A stretch of 51,483 bases of DNA from positions 1 to 51,483 of the forward strand of contig CAZIFJ010000002.1 in assembly GCA_964538235.1 (NCBI GenBank), in the 5' to 3' direction. The position numbers and the translations under genes are program-made. This document shows, in pieces, positions 35,372 through 44,484 of this stretch. Source of the stretch: Candidatus Woesearchaeota archaeon. GTDB lineage: Archaea; Nanobdellota; Nanobdellia; Pacearchaeales; GW2011-AR1. A model generated the notes under the pieces. That model was not told where the DNA came from. It saw only the letters and a program-made list of their open reading frames with translations, and searched no databases. The stretch's first letter is position 1; every line of letters starts with the position of its first letter.

Positions 35372-35821
35372 ATGGATGAAAGAGAAGAAATTATAATTAA
35401 AGGTCAAACCCCGTTTATAGATAAAAGAGGGAGCATATATAATTATTATTTAACAGAACCAATAAATTGGATTGGTCTTATTACTTCTATTGGTAAAAAT
35501 ATTATGAGAGCGAATCATTATCACCCCGAACAAGAACAAAAAGTACTTGTTGTTTCTGGGAAATATATTAGTGTATATAAAGATTTAACCTTCCCTAATA
35601 GTCAAATAAAGCACAATCTTGTTAAAGCTGGAGACCTAGTAATTACACCTCCAAATGTAGCACACACTATGATTTTCTTAGAAAATACTATTTTAATTAA
35701 TCTTGTTAATGGAGAAAGAAAACATGAAAACTATGGAGAACACACTAAACCTTATGAATTAGTTAGACAAGAAGAAATACATTTTTATGTTTCAAAGTAT
35801 GGAGATATTCCATTTGCTTAA
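35372..35821 (+). CDS. Cupin-fold sugar isomerase/epimerase (paralog of 13040-13513)
   Basis: DKRGSIYNYY...RANHYHPEQEQKVLVVSGKY...AHTMIFLENTILINL. Start placed at ATG 35372, 20 nt after a TATA-like tttttaaag. The ORF-track ATG 35252 would add an implausible 40-aa hydrophobic leader. Confidence 0.62.
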   Translation: MDEREEIIIKGQTPFIDKRGSIYNYYLTEPINWIGLITSIGKNIMRANHYHPEQEQKVLVVSGKYISVYKDLTFPNSQIKHNLVKAGDLVITPPNVAHTMIFLENTILINLVNGERKHENYGEHTKPYELVRQEEIHFYVSKYGDIPFA

Positions 35822-35829
35822 TTGATAAA

Positions 35830-38133
35830 ATGAACAAAATAATAACAGAAGACATAAAAAAAATTGTTGAAGATTTAGGCAATTTAGGTGAACATTTTAA
35901 TGGAAAAGCTATCCTTATAACTGGCGGGGCGGGGTTTCTAGGGAAATATTTGGTGTTAACTTTGGATTATCTCAATAAGTTTGTTTTATCTACTCCCTGT
36001 AAAATAATTGTTTTGGATAATTTTATAACAGGTTTTAAAAATGCATTTGAAGATTCGGAATATATTAAAATTATTGAGCATGATATTTCAAAACCTATAA
36101 AAATAGAAGAGAGTATAGATTATATATTACATGCAGCAAGTATAGCTGCTCCTGTTTTTTATAATAAATATAAACTAGAAACGATTGATGTTGGATTCTT
36201 AGGTACAAAAAATATGTTGGAATTGGCTAAAGAAAAAAATATTAAAAGTTTTTTATTTTTTAGTACCTCTGAAGTTTATGGCAACCCTGATCCTAAATTC
36301 GTTCCAACACCTGAAACATATTTTGGAAATGTTTCATGTATTGGACCTCGTTCTTCCTATGATGAACCAAAAAGAATTGGAGAGACCTTATGTATGACTT
36401 ACGCTAATATTTATAATATTCCAATTAAAATTGTGAGACCATTTAATGTCTATGGTCCAGGTATGAGATTAGACGATGGAAGAGGTGCAATAAATTTTGT
36501 TGTTGCAGCTATTAGGGGAGAGAAGATTCCTGTATATGGAGATGGAAAAAACACTAGAACTTGGACATATATTTCTGACGCGATTACTGGATTTTTTCAA
36601 GTTCTTTTATCAGATCATAACAAAGAGGTTTTTAATGTTGGGTCAGATGAACAAGAAATAGAAATGAGACATTTAGCTCAAATAGTTTCAGGTTTAGTTA
36701 GTAGTGAGGAAAATAATTTAGAGATTCACAATGTTGAGGGACCTAATGAAGCATATAGTAAGGCAGAGGTTAGTAGAAGATGTCCCGACTTAACAAAAAT
36801 TAGAACAATGGTTGGCTATACCCCAAAAGTCAATTTAATATCAGGATTAAAAAGATTTATTAAATGGACAAAGGAAACTATAAAGGAACAAGAAAATCCA
36901 ATAGGGCTGCAAATAAAGTGTAGAGTATGCGACAATAAAGAATTGAAAAAAGTTATTTCCTTAGGAAAAAGTCCTCTTGCCAATAACTTATTATCTGAAG
37001 AGGATTTAGACAAAGAAGAAGAGCGATTCCTATTAGAAATGATGTACTGTAATAATTGTCATTTATGTCAATTATCTTATATTGTACCTCCTGAAAAAAT
37101 GTTTTTACATTATTTATATGTTACCTCTACAACAGAGACTTTTAAAAACCATTTTGATAAAATGGCTGAAGAAATAACCAATGAACTTAATCTAAAACGT
37201 AATGCACTTATTGTAGATATCGGAAGTAATGACGGGCTCCTACTAACTTGTTTTAAACGTAGGGGCATTAGAGTAGTTGGAGTTGAGCCAGCAAAAAATA
37301 TTTGCGACATTGCTAGAAGTCAAGGAATTGATACCTTAGAAGGTTTCTTTGATGAGAATATAGTAGAAGATATTTTAAAGATTAAAGGCAAAGCAGATAT
37401 AATCACGGCAAACAACGTATTTGCCCATGTCGGTAATATAAAGGAATTGACTAAGAATGTAAAAAATTTATTGAAGGAAAATGGTGTATTTATTATAGAA
37501 GTTCAATATATTTTAGATACAATACAAAAATTAACCTTTGATAATATCTATCATGAACATCTGTCTTATTTCAGTGTTATTTCACTTAGTGAATTTTTTA
37601 GAAGACAAGACATGGAAATATTCAAAGTTAAACATGTGGATAGCCATGGTGGATCTATTAGAGTATATATTCAAAAATCAAAAAGTAAGTTTGGGATAGA
37701 TAAATCTGTTGAAGAGTTTTTAGAAAGAGAGAAAAATTTTGGATTGGACAAATTTGAAACATACCAAGAATTTTCCCAGAAAATATATAAAATAAAGGAT
37801 AAAATAAAAGATTTTGTTGTGAGGGCTAAATCGGATGGCAAGAAGATTGTAGGATATGGGGCCCCAGCAAAAGCAACAACAATGCTAAATTTTTATGATA
37901 TCAATAAAGAATACATGGAATGGATAATAGAGGATAATCCACTCAAACAAGGAAAAATTGTTCCAGGAGTAAGGATTCCAATTAAAAATAAAGATTTCCT
38001 AGATCAAAATCTTCCAGACTATATTTTTATTTTAGCATGGAATTTTGCTGATGAGATATTAAGAAATAATGATGTCTATCATCAAAGAGGTGTAAAGTTT
38101 GTTTTGCCTTCTTCTGATTTGAGGATTATTTGA
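35830..38133 (+). CDS. Fusion protein: extended SDR (UDP-glucuronate decarboxylase/UXS-like) + NDP-hexose C-methyltransferase-like domain
   Basis: 767 aa. N-terminal half has ILITGGAGFLGKYL, STSEVYG, YDEPKRIGE, RPFNVYGPGM. C-terminal half has CRVCDN..CNNCHLCQ, YVTSTT, IVDIGSNDGLL, ANNVFAHVGN, YHEHLSYF, DSHGGSIR, homologous to 15986-17200. Confidence 0.82.
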   Translation: MNKIITEDIKKIVEDLGNLGEHFNGKAILITGGAGFLGKYLVLTLDYLNKFVLSTPCKIIVLDNFITGFKNAFEDSEYIKIIEHDISKPIKIEESIDYILHAASIAAPVFYNKYKLETIDVGFLGTKNMLELAKEKNIKSFLFFSTSEVYGNPDPKFVPTPETYFGNVSCIGPRSSYDEPKRIGETLCMTYANIYNIPIKIVRPFNVYGPGMRLDDGRGAINFVVAAIRGEKIPVYGDGKNTRTWTYISDAITGFFQVLLSDHNKEVFNVGSDEQEIEMRHLAQIVSGLVSSEENNLEIHNVEGPNEAYSKAEVSRRCPDLTKIRTMVGYTPKVNLISGLKRFIKWTKETIKEQENPIGLQIKCRVCDNKELKKVISLGKSPLANNLLSEEDLDKEEERFLLEMMYCNNCHLCQLSYIVPPEKMFLHYLYVTSTTETFKNHFDKMAEEITNELNLKRNALIVDIGSNDGLLLTCFKRRGIRVVGVEPAKNICDIARSQGIDTLEGFFDENIVEDILKIKGKADIITANNVFAHVGNIKELTKNVKNLLKENGVFIIEVQYILDTIQKLTFDNIYHEHLSYFSVISLSEFFRRQDMEIFKVKHVDSHGGSIRVYIQKSKSKFGIDKSVEEFLEREKNFGLDKFETYQEFSQKIYKIKDKIKDFVVRAKSDGKKIVGYGAPAKATTMLNFYDINKEYMEWIIEDNPLKQGKIVPGVRIPIKNKDFLDQNLPDYIFILAWNFADEILRNNDVYHQRGVKFVLPSSDLRII

Positions 38134-38206
38134 CGATTCTAAAATAATTTTTATAAAGTATTCTTCTAAACCAAAAGCTTAAATATAGCAATTAAGCCAG
38201 TTGATC

Positions 38207-38506
38207 ATGCCTGATATAGAGATCTATTGGAAACCAGAGGAACCTGTAGATTGTAGTCAAATCAGAACAGAAATTAGAGGTCATGATTTTTCAGAAAATC
38301 TTTCAATATCTGATAGAGCAAAAATAAATTTATTTTGGAATGAACAAGTTAAATCAACAAAGAAAGCAGGTAAAAATCTTCCATGGTATCAGGAAAGAGG
38401 GTTAGGAACTCTCTATGATACGTCAAAAGAAATTGTAAATTTAATACAACTAATTTTAAAGAGTATCTATTTACATCCAGGAGTTTTAATTCAGACAATA
38501 AATTAA
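38207..38506 (+). CDS. Hypothetical protein (may be the 5' part of a split gene)
   Basis: ATG 38207 lies 20 nt downstream of a TATA-like cttaaatata. No recognisable motif. The next ORF's frame is open from 38419, so the two reading frames overlap. Confidence 0.4.
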   Translation: MPDIEIYWKPEEPVDCSQIRTEIRGHDFSENLSISDRAKINLFWNEQVKSTKKAGKNLPWYQERGLGTLYDTSKEIVNLIQLILKSIYLHPGVLIQTIN

Positions 38507-38526
38507 GTTCACCAGCTTATGAATTG

Positions 38527-39066
38527 ATGCGTGTTTCTTCTGTTGGTGGTGTTGTTCAAAGTATTGATGGTTATACAATTATTCATAAAAGACCAAAGGA
38601 TGCAACACATGTTCCTGATGTATATGACGCTTCCATAGCTGGATTGGCCCACATAAATAATAATGAAATAGATTTTCAATTTTATCTCAAAAAAAAGTTC
38701 CCAGAATTAGAAATAAATTCAAGCGAGGTTAATTACATAAAAGCAACAGGGCTGCATAGTACTAAAGCACCAGATTTTAGTGGGATGTATACTTTCTTGG
38801 TCCAAACCAATTTAGAGCTAGGACTACTTGCAGAAAAAGCAAGAAATTCTTTTAAGAATAGATTTATTATAATTCCGCCAGGTGCACTGCCTGACTTTAT
38901 TGTAGATAATTATAAAGATAGTGAAATATCTTGTTTAGATGGAGGAGTAACGCTTGCTTCAAGTTTGCCACATCAAGAATTCTTAGAAACAATTGATAGA
39001 TGGAAACGAAAAGGAACAACAATAGAATTTGGACAATTGAAGGAGGGGATTTTTATACCAGATTAG
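38527..39066 (+). CDS. Hypothetical protein
   Basis: 180-aa ORF. RVSSVGGVVQSIDGYTIIHKR loosely resembles the first strands of a Nudix fold, but no Nudix box is present. Confidence 0.45.
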   Translation: MRVSSVGGVVQSIDGYTIIHKRPKDATHVPDVYDASIAGLAHINNNEIDFQFYLKKKFPELEINSSEVNYIKATGLHSTKAPDFSGMYTFLVQTNLELGLLAEKARNSFKNRFIIIPPGALPDFIVDNYKDSEISCLDGGVTLASSLPHQEFLETIDRWKRKGTTIEFGQLKEGIFIPD

Positions 39067-39111
39067 TATTTAGAATAGTAAGTTTTTTAAATTAAAGTTC
39101 AAGATAACAAT

Positions 39112-40026
39112 ATGTTAAAACAAAAAATAGCAGTCTTGGGCTCTGGAAGTATTGGGAAATTTCATGTTAGAGAATTCCATAATGCTGGATACGAAGTAAC
39201 TTCGATACTAGGAAGTTCTATACATAGTTCAAAGGCAAGAGCTGAAGAACTAAAAAAAGAATTTAATATTGGAGTTAGACCTTATTTTAATCTTGATACT
39301 CTTCTTAAAAATGAAAAGCTTGACGCTGTTAGTGTGTGTACTCCAGCAGAATTGCATTCTTATCAAGTTAGAAAATGTTTAGAGTCAAATTTACATGTAT
39401 TTTGCGAGAAGCCCTTTGTTTTTGACTCATTGGATAATAACTATGAAATTGCTAAAGATTTAATTAAATTATCTAAAGACAAAGGAAAGATCTTAACAGT
39501 TAATAATCAACTGGTTTCTATTTTAGAGCAATTTCCTAAACATCTTAAATTTGGCAAAATTAAAACTTTTTCTATATATATGGAATCTTCAATTAGAGAG
39601 ACCATTAAATTAATAAGTGAGGCAGTGCCTCATATGAATAGTCTTCTTATCAGATTAATTAGCGATAAAAAAATATCAAATATAAAATTTATAGATATTT
39701 GCGATGAAAGTGCTAAGATTAAATTTGAATACGGAGAATGCAATGTTGAATATAATTTCAAATTAAAAGAGGATAGACCTAGAAAATATAACTTTTCTAT
39801 AAACGATGTAAATTTTAATAAGGGGGGAAGCTATGAACAGCAGAAAATTATATATGGAAATAGATCCTTTAACATAGAAGATCCTCTTAAAATCTCTATT
39901 GAAAGATTTGTTTCAGCTTTGACTGGAGAGGGGAGACCATTAATTACAGAATATGAAATCTTAAAAAACGTTGAGATGCAAGATAAAATTATAAATGCCT
40001 ACTTATCTCAAAACCTTAAACATTGA
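39112..40026 (+). CDS. Gfo/Idh/MocA-family oxidoreductase
   Basis: KIAVLGSGSIGKFH Rossmann N-terminus, AVSVCTPAELH, HVFCEKPF. Confidence 0.75.
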   Translation: MLKQKIAVLGSGSIGKFHVREFHNAGYEVTSILGSSIHSSKARAEELKKEFNIGVRPYFNLDTLLKNEKLDAVSVCTPAELHSYQVRKCLESNLHVFCEKPFVFDSLDNNYEIAKDLIKLSKDKGKILTVNNQLVSILEQFPKHLKFGKIKTFSIYMESSIRETIKLISEAVPHMNSLLIRLISDKKISNIKFIDICDESAKIKFEYGECNVEYNFKLKEDRPRKYNFSINDVNFNKGGSYEQQKIIYGNRSFNIEDPLKISIERFVSALTGEGRPLITEYEILKNVEMQDKIINAYLSQNLKH

Positions 40027-40965
40027 TCCTGAAGAAATTATAGAGTAAACTATTGAATAGGTTGATACAAGATTTAAAGCTGGCTCTGAAAGAAAAGCAG
40101 TGTCTTTATATTTTAAGGTTTTGTAAATAGCAGTTAATATTGGTAAAATAAAAGAATTAGTATATGTCATCCAAAGAGCTGCTTTTGGCCAGTCTTTTTT
40201 AAAAGAAAACCATCTGAATTTTCTTGTTTCAACTATTGTACTATAAATCCTAATATTTCTTTTTCTTTTTCTCCATAATTCTTTTAAAGATCTTATTAAC
40301 ATATGTTCTATTCCTGTTTCTGGAACGAAAGCGAAATAATGGTGGCCTGAGTAGATAATATAAGTTGGAATTTCATTATCTGTAAGTTGTTTATGATTCT
40401 TTGCGTAATCTTCTACCAGTTTTCTTCTGTAAAGAAATAGGCCCTGTGGGGGTATATTATTCTTGTTACAATAACAAAGATAATATCCTTTTTCTCTTTT
40501 TTTAATTATTTTTTCTGGTCCTATTGTTAAAATTTTATAAATTGGGTCCCTCTGAAATGGATCGTAAGAGACGCATCTTGTTAGAGGGGGTTGATTTTTA
40601 TTAACTTTGAAGCATACAAAATTACCTGCTATTCTTTTATCTACTAAGAATGGATAGACCATTTTTTTTAGAAAGTCCGTTGTAGCTAACCTCATATCTG
40701 CATCAAGACACATAAAAAGTTCACCCCTCGCCTTCAAGAAACCTATTTTTCTTCCTGTTTCATTATCTTTAGCGCCGTTGTATAAAACTTTAGCTCCATA
40801 TTTCTTAGCGACTTTTATAGTATTATCTGTTGAATAATCATCGACTATAATTATTTCTATTTTGTTTTTTGGATAATCTTGTGAGGTTATTGATTTTAAA
40901 CAGACTTCTAAGTCTTTTTCTTCATTATATACTGGAATGCAAATGCTTACTGTCTTGTAGTTCAT
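40003..40965 (-). CDS. GT2 glycosyltransferase
   Basis: VSICIPVYNEEKDLEVCLKSITSQDY, IEIIIVDDYSTDNT, FMCLDADM. Confidence 0.8.
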   Translation of the reverse strand: MNYKTVSICIPVYNEEKDLEVCLKSITSQDYPKNKIEIIIVDDYSTDNTIKVAKKYGAKVLYNGAKDNETGRKIGFLKARGELFMCLDADMRLATTDFLKKMVYPFLVDKRIAGNFVCFKVNKNQPPLTRCVSYDPFQRDPIYKILTIGPEKIIKKREKGYYLCYCNKNNIPPQGLFLYRRKLVEDYAKNHKQLTDNEIPTYIIYSGHHYFAFVPETGIEHMLIRSLKELWRKRKRNIRIYSTIVETRKFRWFSFKKDWPKAALWMTYTNSFILPILTAIYKTLKYKDTAFLSEPALNLVSTYSIVYSIISSGSMFKVLR

Positions 40966-41049
40966 TTAAAAGGTTAATTAGATCTATATAAAAAATTATT
41001 GTCAGTTAAGATTAGCTGAGAATCTTAATGAAAAATATAAAAATATAAG

Positions 41050-41409
41050 TTATACCCTATGATAATCATCTGAAATTTCTACAGGTTTATTAAATTTGGT
41101 AGAGTAAATTTCTGAATATTTTATTGCTTGTTTCCTGAATTTATCTAAAATTTGCATTCTAGATCCGTCTTGGTTAATAAACCTACCAACCTGAATTTCT
41201 GCTCCATGTAAAAAAGGCATAAAGGAGTACCACCTTGTTTTAGCAATTATATCTAACTTATCATTAAACCTATGCAACCATCCATTCAGTTCTGTACCAG
41301 CAACAAGCCGATAGTCTCCAAAGAATCCTTTTCCAAAAGAAATTTTCAGTAGAGAGTTAATTTCATCCACTAGATGACTCTTTTCGAATTTGTAATTTCT
41401 TTCTTCCAT
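41050..41409 (-). CDS. Hypothetical protein
   Basis: 119-aa ORF in the same orientation as its neighbours. No recognisable motif. Confidence 0.45.
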   Translation of the reverse strand: MEERNYKFEKSHLVDEINSLLKISFGKGFFGDYRLVAGTELNGWLHRFNDKLDIIAKTRWYSFMPFLHGAEIQVGRFINQDGSRMQILDKFRKQAIKYSEIYSTKFNKPVEISDDYHRV

Positions 41410-41493
41410 AAAGATTCAATAAGGTTTCTAATTAAAAAGATTATTATCTTGAAAAATAGATATTAAGGCTATAACTTTATATGACTATGTTTT

Positions 41494-42276
41494 TCATTTC
41501 AACATTCCCCATATTAAGTCTCTAATAGGTTTTATTGGTTTTAGTAATTTATTAAAAGGAGATTTTACTATTCTCAATTGAATTATTGAAAATAACATTT
41601 GAAGAGACGATTTTCCCAATTTTATACTTCCTCCTTCAACTTCTTTCCATATTGTTGGAAGTTGCGCAATTTTATATCTTTTTTTATGCAACACATAAAG
41701 AACTTCTACATCGAAAGCCCATTGCGACATTTTCACATTATTAACAATTTCTTTAATAGAATTCCTTGTAAATATTTTTGCCCCGCATTGTGTATCCTGA
41801 AAAGGAATATGCAAGAATAACCTTACAATTAAATTAAATATTTTTGCAACAATTAATCTCCTAAAGTTAAATTTTGGAGTTATTTTAGATAAATTTGAAT
41901 AACGGTTTGCTATCGCACCATCATTTCTTCCGATATTTTTTATTAGATAATAAAAAGCTTCTGGTTGAGTTGCTAAATCTGCATCAACAAATCCAATTAT
42001 TTTGCTTTTTGTTTTTAATTCTTCCTTAAAACCTTCTATAACTGCATAACCCTTACCTCCACGAACTAAATCTAAATAATAAATCTCTGGATTATTTTTT
42101 TGAAATTTTTTTATTACACCAAGAGTATCATCCTTTGTGTTATTTATAACTATTAATATTCGGTAATTTAGTTTATCTTTTTTCTTTATATTATTAAAAA
42201 AATTTATATATGCTTCTAAAGTTTTTCCTATTCTTTTTTCTTCATTATAAGTAGGCATTACTATTGAAATATTCAT
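41494..42276 (-). CDS. GT2 dolichyl-phosphate sugar (mannose/glucose) synthase-like transferase
   Basis: ISIVMPTYNEEKRIGKTLE, ILIVINNTKDDT, GFVDADLAT, QCGAKIF, FDVEVLY. This is the typical DPM1/AglK-type pattern. Last gene of the aglB operon. Confidence 0.78.
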   Translation of the reverse strand: MNISIVMPTYNEEKRIGKTLEAYINFFNNIKKKDKLNYRILIVINNTKDDTLGVIKKFQKNNPEIYYLDLVRGGKGYAVIEGFKEELKTKSKIIGFVDADLATQPEAFYYLIKNIGRNDGAIANRYSNLSKITPKFNFRRLIVAKIFNLIVRLFLHIPFQDTQCGAKIFTRNSIKEIVNNVKMSQWAFDVEVLYVLHKKRYKIAQLPTIWKEVEGGSIKLGKSSLQMLFSIIQLRIVKSPFNKLLKPIKPIRDLIWGMLK

Positions 42277-43481
42277 CTTCTTAAAGCCAACAAAGAACCA
42301 ATTAAAAAGATTATGGAAGCAGAAAGGTAGGCAATAGAAAAGCTAAATAAACTATCTGAAAAAATATATAAAAGAATAATTTGAATTATTATAAAAACTG
42401 GAAGGAAAAAGCAACCTTTTGTTTTTCCTATAGAGAGCTTATAAAAAATTACTAAATTAGTTAAAGATAAGAAACTATTTCCTAAAGCCAAAATAAAAAC
42501 TATGTTTTTTATTTCTGGGAGATTTTTATTAGAAAATAAATTTATTATTTCATCTGGAAATATTTTAATTATTACTAAAGCAAATAAAATGCAAGTAGAA
42601 AGTAAAAGAATTGCTTTAGATAAATGTCTTCTTCTATCTTTCTTATTATTTTCTTCTCCTGCTGTAACTGGAAAAAGTGCTTTGCTTATAGGTTGAGTGC
42701 CTAAAAAAATTATTAAAGCGATAGTTGAAGCTATTGAATAAAGTCCATTGAGTTGCTCAGAGAAGAAAACTCTTGCAAGAAAAACATCAACATTAAAAAA
42801 TATAATAATTGAAGTTGTTGCGATTAAAACTGGAAAGCCATAATCTTTTATTCCTGAAATTAAATAGGGTTTCTGATTTTCAGATAGAATATCTCTTAAA
42901 AAAAATAATGATATAAAAATTGAGATAAATATTGCTAAAATTGCTCCAGAGACTGCTCCAAATAAGCCAAATCCTAAATTAACAAGAATTAAAGCCGTAA
43001 TTAATTTTAATATACTCTCGCTTAAAAAAGAAAATCCCAAAGAAAAAAATCTTTTCTGACCTTGTAAAATTCCACGGGCAACAGGAGAAAATATTGCGCC
43101 TAAGAAAAATAGACCATTAAAAATCAAAATTGTTTTATTAATTTTTAATAAAGGTGATAAAAATATTGAAGAAAAAACATAGATCAAAAATAAAACTAAT
43201 ATTACGGGTGTTAATTTTTTAACATAATTCGTAAAAAGCCATTTTAAATTTCCTTTATCTTTTTGTGTTGAAGAATATTTTGTAACAACTGTTTGGAGAG
43301 ATTCCATTAGAATTCCTCCAATATATAAAAAGAAAAAGAGAGTTTTTAATGCTCCATAGTCTTCTATTGATAAATTTCTCGCCATAAATATATGATATAA
43401 AAAATTAAATGCATTAAATGCCGCAAATAAAATTAAAAGAATTATACTTCCGCGAACAACTGGATTTTTTATATTAATCAT
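42273..43481 (-). CDS. Wzx-like flippase / polysaccharide biosynthesis membrane protein
   Basis: 402 aa with about 12 TM helices. 4-nt overlap with the downstream gene and a 1-nt gap to the upstream gene. Confidence 0.65.
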   Translation of the reverse strand: MINIKNPVVRGSIILLILFAAFNAFNFLYHIFMARNLSIEDYGALKTLFFFLYIGGILMESLQTVVTKYSSTQKDKGNLKWLFTNYVKKLTPVILVLFLIYVFSSIFLSPLLKINKTILIFNGLFFLGAIFSPVARGILQGQKRFFSLGFSFLSESILKLITALILVNLGFGLFGAVSGAILAIFISIFISLFFLRDILSENQKPYLISGIKDYGFPVLIATTSIIIFFNVDVFLARVFFSEQLNGLYSIASTIALIIFLGTQPISKALFPVTAGEENNKKDRRRHLSKAILLLSTCILFALVIIKIFPDEIINLFSNKNLPEIKNIVFILALGNSFLSLTNLVIFYKLSIGKTKGCFFLPVFIIIQIILLYIFSDSLFSFSIAYLSASIIFLIGSLLALRR

Positions 43482-43482
43482 T

Positions 43483-44484
43483 TTATATAAACATAATAAA
43501 ACCGATCATGATAACTGCTATTTGAAATCCCCAAATTAAAAAAACGACTTTTTTTTCTGTTGGTGACATTTTTAATTTTTTTAGAATGTAAATTGATAAA
43601 TGTGTTAAACCATAAATCTTTTCATATTTTAAATTTAATGAATTGTCCTTGTTTGGCTTTCCAAAACTTGATTTTATAAAATGTCCACGAGATTTTAAAA
43701 CTACTTCTAAAATATAGGGTAAAAAAAAGAAAACTGCTATTTTTTCAAAGTTGCCTAAAATTGAGGATATTGCGATTAATCCGCCAATTGGATAAGTCAC
43801 GACATCGCCTGGAAAAACTTTTGCAGGATAAAAATTAAAAGTTAAAAATGCTAATAAAGAAAAAACCATACACAAGCAGATTACTCCGAGCCAAAAACTT
43901 CCTGTTAAAAATGACACAATTGATAAAGAAGATAATATAATTATTCCTTGTCCTGCTTCAAGACCGTTAAAACCTGCTAAAAAATTATAAGTTGTTGTTG
44001 CTCCTACAATACCAATTGGAATTAATAATAAAGGATAAAATATTCCAAAGTCTAAAACTCCAAAAAACGGAATTGACATTGAGCTTTTTCCTGCGTTGAT
44101 TGCCATTAAAGGAATTGCTGAAACAGCAACGAGAATTAAGCGAGAACGTTTTGATAATCCACCTTTTTGCCAGCCAAGTAAATCGTCAACTAAACCGATT
44201 CCTGCAAGAATTATTAAAACATTTAATAAAGCGAAAATTTCAATTAAATAATCAGTTGATTTTAAATAAAATACTTTATATGCGACTAAAATTAAAATGC
44301 TTATAACAAATCCTAAAACTACAATTATTCCTCCAGAACCAGCAACTTTATTTGAAGAAAATTTATTCATGTCTTTCCAAACAAAATTTATCTGCTTTGC
44401 TTTTCTAATCCAAAACGGCATTAAAAATAATGTAATTAAAAAACTCAATAAAAAAATTGTTAGGATTATTATGTTATTTATCAT
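43483..44484 (-). CDS. aglH: UDP-GlcNAc:dolichyl-phosphate GlcNAc-1-phosphate transferase (MraY/WecA/GPT family)
   Basis: Polytopic membrane protein with GLVDDLLGW and YNFLAGFNGLEAGQG motifs, which are characteristic of GPT/AglH-type initiating phosphoglycosyltransferases. Confidence 0.8.
   Translation of the reverse strand: MINNIIILTIFLLSFLITLFLMPFWIRKAKQINFVWKDMNKFSSNKVAGSGGIIVVLGFVISILILVAYKVFYLKSTDYLIEIFALLNVLIILAGIGLVDDLLGWQKGGLSKRSRLILVAVSAIPLMAINAGKSSMSIPFFGVLDFGIFYPLLLIPIGIVGATTTYNFLAGFNGLEAGQGIIILSSLSIVSFLTGSFWLGVICLCMVFSLLAFLTFNFYPAKVFPGDVVTYPIGGLIAISSILGNFEKIAVFFFLPYILEVVLKSRGHFIKSSFGKPNKDNSLNLKYEKIYGLTHLSIYILKKLKMSPTEKKVVFLIWGFQIAVIMIGFIMFI

Noticed and set aside
41006-41028. Hairpin ttaagatt-agctgag-aatcttaa between two minus-strand genes, vaguely similar to the outer stem caagattc/gaatcttg of the type C unit
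   Set aside because: It is AT-rich, has no inner GC-rich stem and none of the family's termini or linker. It could be a simple intergenic hairpin or chance palindrome, and the evidence is insufficient to call it.
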